In this document: piece by piece, positions 38,664-64,000 of the stretch
Position numbering within the stretch: position 1 is the stretch's first letter
Layout of the letters: each line of letters begins with the position of its first letter
From: Paraspadella gotoi
Taxonomy: Eukaryota > Animalia > Chaetognatha
Length of the DNA: 64,000 bases
Direction of reading: 5' to 3'
Assembly (NCBI GenBank): GCA_051294375.1
Contig: CM119269.1
Coordinates: 12,366,981 to 12,430,980 of the forward strand
The notes under the pieces: generated by a model
Database searches by the model: none
Seen by the model: only the letters and a program-made list of their open reading frames with translations
Told to the model about the DNA's origin: nothing
Made by a program: the position numbers and the translations under genes

Positions 38664-38726
38664 TATCTTGTAAGAGTGATGGAGGCCTTAAACCACCAAA
38701 GCCTGTCCAAAGTCAGGGGCAAGATA
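38664..38726 (+). ncRNA. Twister ribozyme (type P5) of a third repeat family (predicted cleavage U38689^A38690)
   Basis: P5 TATCTTG/CAAGATA; P2' G(A)GT with ACC; GA; T1 TGG/CCA; UAA; T2 AC/GT; CAAAG linker; P4 CCTG/CAGG closing TCCAAAGT. Confidence 0.85.
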
Positions 38727-41019
38727 GCTTATTTATTAAATGAATGGATAATTTTTATATTGGTTGTACCAATTTCATATATTTTTGAGAAAATATTTAT
38801 AAAAAGTATAGCTTTTTTAAAAAGCTATCTATTGGAGAATACAGCAATACTTTAAATTCAAAGTCTGAAAACGGAATTGGGAAAAAGTGATATTTGGATG
38901 TTAAGTTGATGATATTTCTTTTTCTGACTGATTGTTTTTCTATATAGTTTTCTTACTTATTTCAATTTGATTTTGGTTAAAAATGGTTGATACCTATCCC
39001 TACAGATATTCTATGCTGAATTTGTTCAGCCAATTTCATATTATAAACATTTTTTAATAGGGAAAAGTTATTAACTTTTTATATCGAAAACTAATTTCTT
39101 ATTTTTCGATTTTTAACCAATCGACTTTGTCGTCCACTAAGTTTAGAACGCTTTGCTCAATTTTATAGGGACTTAAACCAATCACTTTATCTTTCTATAA
39201 GCTTTGTTTAATATTTCTATATATTTGTAGAATTCAGCCATCCAATACGGTTTTTTTCGATGTTAAAAAGTGGTTACTTTTTTTTGCGAAGCAGTTTAAT
39301 TAAAAATTGTTTTGGTCTATGTCATTCCTATTTTGGTCGATGTCATTTCTATTTCTTTTCGAGCCGCAGGCAAACTTTTCATCGTTTTTTTATTTCTAAG
39401 TAAAACTTTTTACATAATAATTAATATCTTTTTCGTAATAATACCAGCTATATCGTTACCATTCAATATTATCATCTTACGATTCTTCATCGACTTTTCC
39501 CCCGTTTTCTCTCTCAATTCATATTTGCCTTTTTTTTTCATAGAGTTTTTAATTAGCGGCACTCTCGTTTCTTTCTTTGGTTCTTTCTTTCTTTGGTTCT
39601 TTCTTTCNNNNNNNNNNNNNNNNNNNNNNNNNTATTTTCTTTCTTTCTTCTTTCTTTCTTCTTCTTTCTTTTTCTTCTTCTTTCTTCTTCTCTGTCTATT
39701 CTTTCTTTCTTATCGTTCTCGTCTCTCTCCTCTCTCTCTCTCTTCTCTCTCTCTCTCTTCTCTCTCTCTCTTCTTTCTCTCTCCTCTCTCCTTCTCTCTC
39801 TCTTCACGATTGTTTCATTACTGAAAAAGGGAAATTGGTTCCGCTCAGAGAGGCAAACACCCGAGACGACGCCAGCCAAACGCAGCCCGGGACGGACCCC
39901 GGAAGGCCAGCGCATGTCATTGCGATCCCCTGCCCCCCCCCCAGATCGTATGTGATGCAGCCCTGACGGCCGCACGCGGGCAGCGGAATTCGCCAGTGTG
40001 TTCGCCGATCAGTCCACTCTTATGAGAAACGCCCTTACTGTTCTAGGGTCTGGCGTGAGTCACGATATTAGCTATACTTATTTTAAGAATATTTGATTGC
40101 ATGAGGCTAAGGATGATGGTATTTGCGGACGTATAGATGATGTCCATTTCTCTCCAATTAAACTATGAAAGTTCTGCCCGAGTTCCGAGAGGGTGTGTAA
40201 ATTTAAGCCAAAGACGACGAACGAGTTAATGCCCACTTTGTGTAACTGGTCACTGTGGTTCGTAATATCACGCGCTGATTCATAGATTAATAATTGAAGA
40301 AGCACCGAACGTGCAACTCGCAAGCTAAATGGGCAGTGACGATTGTGCGGTATAAGTACCAGGGACACAGCTGTAGATGAAGCAAACCACGATGATACGA
40401 ATATTATGTTGTGAGGGAAGAAGACAGCAAAGTTGTCTAGTTGATTAGTAGATACATTAATATCCTGGCACGAATACGATATTTGCCTTTCTTTCAGAGC
40501 GAAGAAAACTGTAGTATCGAAAGGACTGAAGGATAGGTGAGAGCAAATCATTGAGAGAATTGAACAGAATCGTGCAAAAATGGTTCTATTATGACAGTTT
40601 TTTGTAAAGAAAAATTGAATAAAATTCTGAGTTGTGCACGCAAGTATCCATATTCTATAAACTCAATTACAGATTATGTATGGTCCTTTAGTTAAAGTTG
40701 AAACCGAAAAACTCATTTATTCTTGTTCAATCAGGAGAATAACGATTCATTGTGGAACCACACAGTTTTCTTTTCACAGCTTAGATTTGTCAAGAGACTA
40801 TCTGTAAAAAGTCTAACTAGTAAGACTTAATGAATGAGTGGGATTACAACGTTCATCTTCCAACCGAACAGTGCACGGTGCGGCGGCGGACAGTCGGTGA
40901 ACCCCCCCCCAATCATTTCTGACCCGATATGAATCCGAATCTGGCGGACGGGTTGGTCATTCCGAGAGTGAAGCCGACGACGATGGAGATGGCGACGACG
41001 AGTAGAGGAGAGACTCCAC

Positions 41020-56182
<15,163 letters not shown>

Positions 56183-57355
56183 CTGAAGGAAATTGGAATG
56201 TTTTGAACTTTTGATTATTAATATTTTATATATAAATAGTTTATATTTATTTACTACATTGTAATAATAAAAGCAACAAATTATAGGCGTTATTTTAAAG
56301 TTAAATTGTAATATAGCCAGCGAATGATATCTCCAAAAATTACCAAGGTTTCAGTTTTCAAAATTTAATAAAATGAATAATTAATTTATCTTGCCTCGAC
56401 ATTCCTGCTCTTAACTCAATCCCCTCCTCTTCGCCCTCTCATGCCTTTAGGGATCGGTTGAGAAGAGTCTTCGTCCCTGACTTCGTCTTCGTCGTCTTCG
56501 TCGTCTTCGTCGTCATCGTCGTCCGCGGGATGACGATCTCCAAAATCCCTCTAGCGACAAACTCCTGAATAGTTTCGTCTCCTACGGAACTTTATTCTGT
56601 TGGCAAATAAAATTTACCATCAACCTGATATCCTTTTTTTTTTTTTTTTTGTCTACTAAATTGCTAATTATAAGAGATATCTGTATTGACGATTAAACCT
56701 TAAACTGTCACCGTCACCTCGTCGACTCCCGAATTTCCCGCCAGATGCCGCGTTTGTCTTTTGTTTTTCCCTTTTGTTTTTATTCAAAGGACGACGAAGA
56801 TTCGATTTTTATTCTAGCCGAAAAAAAAAACAAAACAAAACAAAACCATCGGATAAATAATAAACAAAGAAAAAAATACGAAATGAAAAACGCGAGGAAA
56901 AAAATGGTACAAAGTATGGAGTTGTAAAAACGTTAACGACGGGATTTACCGATCAAATTTTTTTCGAGAGCATTTCCGCGCGGATAAGAGTTATTAACTT
57001 ATTTTGGATTAAATATCGGTATAGTAAATAATAAGCATTTTTTACAATCAAACGAGAAAAGAATTACAAATGAAATAACGATGGGAGAACGAAGAAAAAA
57101 CAATGGAAGAACAACGGAAGAACAACGGAAGAACAACGGAAGAAGAAGACATTCTCTGTATAATTAACGAACCGCCCAAATTAATTCACTCTTCTTCTCG
57201 ACTTTTGACTCTTAATCATTTTTCTTCTTCTTCCTCATACTCCTCCTCCTCCTACCCCTCCTCCTCATCCTACTCCTTTATTTTCCTTTTCATTTTTCAG
57301 GCGGAACTTGCGCCTGAGTCTTCCTTTCTCCTCTCTCTCTCTCTATCTCTCTCTG

Positions 57356-57386
<31 letters not shown>

Positions 57387-57475
57387 CTCTCTCTCTCTCT
57401 ACCTTTCTCCTGGTCGATTAAATAGCAACAAAATCTGTCGGAGTCATTTAGTGAAAAAAACCACCTGGTGTTTAA

Positions 57476-57516
<41 letters not shown>

Positions 57517-58207
57517 GAGAGAGAGAGAGAGTGTGTGTGTTGGGGTTTATCTACGGAAGAGAAGACAATTTCTTTCACGAGGATCAGAAAGACGTCGAAC
57601 ATTTTTCCCAACATCTTTGCGTTTGAAAAATGAGAACACGGGTTTCCCGGTTGCTCACTGACTGTATCACTGATTTTCTACACTGACTGACAGACAGACT
57701 GACTGTCTGACTGACTTACAGACTTTAACACACCTTGGTAAAACCATTTCTTTTATAAAGCAAACTTGTATGTACATGTTCGATAGCCATCATATAACGT
57801 TTAATAGCATTTATAATTTATATGTTGTTATGGTTGTTATTGTATTAATCATTATTGTATTTATCATTATTCTTTGCCTCGCGAGAAATCTCTGTGTCGC
57901 GAAAAAAAGGAAGCTATTATTGTTCCAGTGACTAACTTAATCCTTTTGGACGTCGTCGCTGATGGTATTGCAGATGGCAAGTTATTCCAAAAGATTTCGG
58001 TAGGAAAGCCAACAGTAATATTTAACAAGTCTCCTATGTATAATATATTTATAATCTCTCCCTAACTTATTTATAAACTTTTTTTTCTCTCACTTTTTTA
58101 TGATTTAGACTCCAAACAAATGACAACTGAATCTATTGTCTAGCGAATGTCTTTCAGTCTTTTCCAGAAAAATTATAATGATTTTCTCTCTTTTTTTTAT
58201 TTTCTTT

Positions 58208-58239
<32 letters not shown>

Positions 58240-58362
58240 ACGTCTCTCTCTCTCTGTCTCTCAGCTTCGGTGAAACGTGAAAAATAAATGAAGGTGTAAC
58301 CGAGAGGAAACCCAGAAACGAAGTATCTCTCTTTCTCTCTCTCTCTCTCTCTTCTCTCTTCT

Positions 58363-58402
<40 letters not shown>

Positions 58403-58967
58403 ACTCTCTCTCTTTCTTTTCTTATGATGTTTTCTAATTTTTATATACCATGTGGATATCTAGTCTAAATATTTATTTAAACGTTGGGATTTAAGCAGGA
58501 CAATCTCAAACGCTGAGGTCTTAGTCTTGCATAAAATTAAAACAAAAAATTTTGTTTATATAAAAGTCAAATTTAATTGTAAATGCCTTTGCTCTTTTTT
58601 CTGTTGTTTATCTTTTACATATATTTATTAATGTTTTAGAATTACCGCCTTACGGTTTTCATTGATTTGCATGATTACCTTCACCTCCTTTCCGCTCGAC
58701 GAAGCGTGAAAAAGTTCGAAAGTCGGAAAGCTAAACGGTCGTTCACGCTTTACAATCACGTTCACGCCAAGAAAGTGATTGGCACGCGCTCTCTCTCTCT
58801 CTCTCTCTCTCTCCTCTCTCTTTCTCTCTCTCTCTCTCTTCTCTCCTCTCTTTTTTTCTCTCTCATTCTCTTTTTCAGTTTCTCTCTTCTCGCCTCTCTC
58901 TCTGCTTATCCGACTTTCCTTATCTCTCTCTCTCTACTCTCTCTCTCTTCTCTCTCTCTCTCTCTCT

Positions 58968-59021
<54 letters not shown>

Positions 59022-61944
59022 TTTCAACCGAGCTTCAAATTAATAATTATATAAAAATAAAACCCAATATTTTTTTCTCACTAATTTGCCTAATTACCAC
59101 GACGAGAATGAATCGTCGATTCCAATCCGTCAATTCCATGAGCCTTTTCCTCTTCCTCTTCCTCCTCCTTCACCTACGTCTTTTGTTTTTCCTTTGTTTA
59201 CCCTATTCATCACCAGGAGGAGGAAAGAGTGAGTGAGAGAAAGAGAAATAGTCTGTTACCCGGTTCGACGATCGAGGAGGAGGTGAGTTAAGACGCGTCG
59301 AGGTGAGAAAAAGTGAGAACTTGAAGAAGTTTCTAGTTGCAAAGCAAATCTAAAAGTCAGTCGGTCGGTCGGTCTGTCTGTTTGTCTGTTATCCTTTTGC
59401 TATATATATTTTAAATACTAAAGTATACTTTATCATTTCAGTTAATACTTAATTATTATATATGTTTTTTACTTCTATAATGTATATTATCCATATAATA
59501 TCCATTCATTCATCTGTGATGGTACTAAGGTTTAAAACTTATAAAAATTTTTATTGCTAAATTTAAATCTTAAACATTTTGATGGGAAATGAATAGAATT
59601 TATTTAAAATTTTGTATTTTAACGTACTACCCAAACTTACGAGGTATTTTTTCTTATTTTACAGATTAGGATAGGTTGCTCGTTACGCATATATTTTAAT
59701 TGTTATATTCGACTGTAGTCGAACATAAAAATTGTATAATTAAAAGACCTCCTGGAAATTTGAGAATGTTTATATAAAATCAATGTTACGCAACACATTA
59801 AAATTGACCCGTTTTGTTCTTTGTCGCTGTTGTCGTTCCGTTTCCTGCGATTGTCTCAGCTGAAATCGTTTCCGACGCTTATTGTCGATTAGCGACCTTG
59901 AGTCGTTAAAATGGATGCGGAGAAAGGCGGGGAGAGATGAATGAGAGGGAGGGGGGGAGATGAATGGGAAGAGGGGGAGAGATAAAAGAGGGAAGGGGGA
60001 GAGATGAATGAGGGAAGGGGGAAAGGCAAAGAAAGTGAGGGAGGGGGAATATATGAAAAGAGGGGAGGGAGAAAGAAAGACAGGGTGAGAGAGAATAAGA
60101 GGGAGAAAAAAAAATTAGAAAGCGAGGGAGAGAAGGGGAGAACGGCAGGAGAGAACTTAAGAAGAGAGAGGCCAGAGGGAGTGCGAGACAAAGGACTCAG
60201 GAGAGAGGGAAAGGTCGCCAATGAGAAGAGAGATGGTTAGAGAGAGGTGAGGGAATAGATAATGAAAGGAAGGAGAGAAGACTTGTGAACGGACTGAGAG
60301 TGAACGGAGAAAAGTGAAAACAGCGAAAGAGCTCAACACTTCATTCCATTAAGGTAGACAACTGATAAGAAAAAAAAAGTCTGGAGTTGAGAGACTTCGT
60401 TGTTGCTTCAAGAAAAATCGATGATAAAATTAGTTGTTAGAGTTAAATATTCTAACTCAAAAGGCTCAGTAAATTGGTAATGGGTCTAAAATTATATAGC
60501 CTCTCCAAACACAGGGGTAAAATACGACATTCAAAATACGACATTCAAAATATACCTTTAAAATAAAGATAAACAACAATGAAGGATCACCATTTGGTGA
60601 TGGCTCGCCTATACCTGGATATTGGGATTAAAGAGCCGAAATCCATGAAGGATATAGGTTCCCAACTGAAGACCTTCCCATTGTATAAACATAAAAAATA
60701 AAAAATATTCAAAAAATAAATAATTAAAAAGTAGAATAAAGAAAAAAAAATTTAATTAAAGTATTTTAAAATTATATTCATAACATAAAGGTGCCCCTAT
60801 AGACCTTTCCCCAGTATGTATCCCTATCAGAACATACAATTCTACATGGTAGTCTTATCCCTATTGGTAAAAAAATCATATATAACATTGGCCCCCCCTA
60901 AAAAAATTATCCATTCCCACCCCTTTCTGTTCAGCCTTTTAGATATTATGATTTTTCATTAATGACTTTCTAACAGAAATTATGTGTGATATCTATTAGA
61001 AAACTAGGACAGATAGTAATCTAACCTTGTGTTGTATAGATGCTCCCTCTATTTCTAGAAGACAACACTGACTTCCCCTTCCCATATTGAATTATTAGAT
61101 AAATGAAACTTTTTTAAAAAAGAAAGCAATATATATTTGTTTAAATAATATAGATTAAATACTAAATCCTTCATATAATATAAAAATAGAAAATAGTGAA
61201 ACAAGTAATTTGCAAATTTTCATACATTGTTTATTATAAAATAAATTAAATAAAATAAAAGTATTTATTAAATGAATGGATAATTTGTACCAATTTCATA
61301 AATGAGTTATTTTTAATTTTTTATATTGATTGCACAGATTTCATGACGTCATTGGCGAATTGAGTTTGATTGTGACTACCCAAAAAAATAATATTAATTG
61401 GTTAATCAATTTTAATCAAAGTTTAATTTGGCCAAGATTGAGCGACTAAAGGAGATCGTTGAATTAATCAACAAGCTAATTAAATAATTACTTAATTTCT
61501 CTTTTAAAATTTACTTAAAACTCTTCCTGTCTGAATTTTGCCGCCATTTTCTTTTTTTTTGGGGGGGGGCGCGACGACAGAGACGACGAAAACGAAAACG
61601 ACGAAAACGACGACGACGAAAACGACGACGACGACGACGAGAATAAAAGTTTCCTCGTTAAAAACGTCAGAGCGGAAATAACGAGTTCGCTGGCGACGAC
61701 GATAGCGACGATAGCGACGACGACGATAGCGACGACGAAACGACCGTGACGCTCCTTACGTGGTGACGACTGTGAAAAGAAAATCACAAAATCGGAATTT
61801 TAATGACGAGGATGGATTCATGTGAAGCGTCATTTCGGATAAATACTTATTCATTTCTTCTTTTTTTTCTTTTTTTTTACGATTCTTTCCTAATTTCCGG
61901 CAGGTCATTATGACTTGATGGGTTTTGTGACGCAGAACCGTAAC

Positions 61945-62183
61945 ACCGCCAAACCGCCATGCCACCATACCGCTATGCCACCATACCGCCATGCCACCAT
62001 ACCTCTATGCCACCATGCACCATACCGCCAAACCGCCATGCCACCATACCCCATGCCACGATACCGCCGTACCGCCATGCCGCCATACCGCCATGCCACC
62101 ATACCGCCATACGCGCCAACCATGCCACCATACCGCCATGCACCATACCGCCATGCCACATGACCGCCCCACCATACCGCCAA
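61945..62183. repeat. 8/16-bp tandem repeat (CCATACCGCCATGCCA)
   Basis: Visible units; source of several overlapping ORFs. Confidence 0.9.
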
Positions 62184-62347
62184 AATCATCCTCACTTCGG
62201 ATTTTTAAAACTATATTTTAAAAAAAAAATTGACTTATTTTGCATAATTACAGCATAAACAAGTTATTTTAATGTTTAGATTGGTGTTAAATTAGCCTCT
62301 CTTTTCCCAGACCAGAATTCTTCATTTGAAATGGACGACGATGAAGA

Positions 62348-62379
<32 letters not shown>

Positions 62380-62418
62380 TCAGCCCACGCAATTTACGCC
62401 AAACGTCAAAACGGGAAT

Positions 62419-62670
62419 GGGGCGGACGGAGGGGGGCAGGGCAGACGGATGGGGGCGGACGGAGGGGGGGGCAGACGGAGGGGGGCAGACGGAGGGGGCG
62501 GCAGACGGAGGGGGGCCGACGGGAGGGGGGGCGACGGAGGGGGGGCGGACGGAGGGGGGGCAGACGGAGGACGGACGGGGCAGACGGACGGGGGGGGCAG
62601 ACGTGAACGAGGGAGGGGGGGCGACGGGAAGAGGGGGAGGCGGACGGAGGGGGGCGGGGGGGGGCAGACG
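62419..62670. repeat. G-run minisatellite (GGCAGACGGAGGGG..), G-quadruplex-prone
   Basis: Many G5-G8 runs separated by CAGAC/CGGAC spacers. Confidence 0.85.
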
Positions 62671-64000
62671 GCAAGCCGAGGTGTCGAGTGACGATCGCGA
62701 CACAATAGGCCAGCGTAACCGATTTTCATTCCGCTGCGTGATTCTTTTCACGGGATTTCATGAAAATGAAAGAAACACGTTAAAGTTTTGTCTTGAAAGC
62801 CAGAATCAGTGAACGAATCCGAGTCAAACATTTGCTGGGGGATGAGACCGACGCAGCGGTGGTTCGAAACGTCAAGCGACTATAACATATCAAACATCAT
62901 ATAACAATAAAAAGGGAATGCACACCGACACACACACGAGACGCAAACGAAAACAAGCAAAGGTTGAGATTCAAATGATGAAAAGCTGGAAGTAACTGTC
63001 TGACATCGCTTAGCTGTGTCTAAAAAGGGAGAAAGGAAGCGTTCGGCGGCGAGTATGAGACTTGTTAAGCTTTTGTGGTCGTGTGGTGTTCACGTTGTGC
63101 CTCACCGTCTGATTGCGCACTTGGTCCTTCCAACACGTGACCTCACTACACTTTTCTTCACTGGCAGCGCACCGATCGTTCGTATCTATTCATACGTACC
63201 TTTACCAGTAAGTCCTGTTGAATCCTCTCTCAGAAATGACCGACGATTTCTATCTGACTCAATTGCGACCGACAACGGACCAGACGGATCGAACAAGTTA
63301 CGCGAACACTTTTCTAGGCCATGAACCATATATTATCTTTTTTTACCGTATCTTCGATATCCCTACTATCGCAGGAGTATCAATCCCACGCCAGAAACTC
63401 CGAAAGTCGGATCGGAGGCTCGGGCGATCTCAGCAGAAAATGGAATCGCCGAATCCTGATTGGTCATGAAACCGGAATCGACCAATCAGCTTGCAAGATC
63501 ATTGGAACTGTAAATTTAACCCACGTCGCCCATCCTCTTCCTTAGTTATAAATAGACTTAGTTTGTTCTTGTTTCAGTAGCATTGATCAAGACTCCTGCG
63601 CGTGTCTCACCGTCATCCTTATTCTCAGAATAAATCTCATCTTTGATTTCGTCCCGAAAAATCTATGAGTTTTTCCTTAAATGATATTGTGAGATGATCC
63701 TTAAATGATTCCTTAAATGATATTGTGAGATAATCCTTAAATGATTCCTTAAATGATATTGTGAGATGATCCAAATGATTGACCGACTAGATTTTGGGGT
63801 GGGACCGACGCGTTCCTTACGGACGGCCAATATAAGACCGTTTTGGTCAGAAATTTTATTAGCACCAAACAAAATAGCGCAGCGGGCTACTCTAATTGAA
63901 CTAGCGATAAGAATTTAATTTTGATAAATGGAAAAACGAGAGAGAGAGAGAGAGAGAAAGGAAATAAGAACGGTAATTCAAATGTGTTGCGCCGCAGTGA

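Noticed and set aside
59107-63655. Plus-strand gene starting MNRRFQSVNSMSLFLFLFLLL with exon-like islands near 59250, 62310 and 63170-63510
   Set aside because: Splice-like signals exist, but I could not build a phase-consistent, stop-free model.

Overview
Eukaryotic (animal-like), AT-rich, microsatellite-dense genomic window with three N-gaps and many single-base indels typical of a long-read assembly. Most ORFs in the supplied track are microsatellite artefacts. Manual splicing gives three gene models: a small secreted-type protein with one LDLa module (+, ~5.3-10.5 kb), an 11-exon claudin/PMP22-superfamily tetraspan gene (-, 13110-22484; exons 1-7 recur at 29865-32648 in an ~8 kb duplicate across a gap, probably an uncollapsed haplotype), and a low-complexity protein with one C-terminal hydrophobic segment (-, ~41.0-56.2 kb). 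The rest is non-autonomous DNA transposons (Tc1/mariner-type, a hAT-like foldback) and tandem repeats. The most notable signal is a set of predicted self-cleaving RNAs in small retroelements. Type-P5 twister ribozyme folds, with compensatory base changes in both pseudoknots, occur in both LTRs of a 725-bp LTR-PBS-PPT-LTR mini-retroelement (a candidate 'twister retrozyme'), in a related solo LTR with a 4-bp TSD, directly behind the tRNA head of a SINE, and in a third repeat family. In every near-intact copy the P1 stem is replaced by a short self-complementary stretch, suggesting dimer-dependent cleavage. Minimal type I hammerheads are also present. All RNA folds were assigned by eye; none has been computed or tested.
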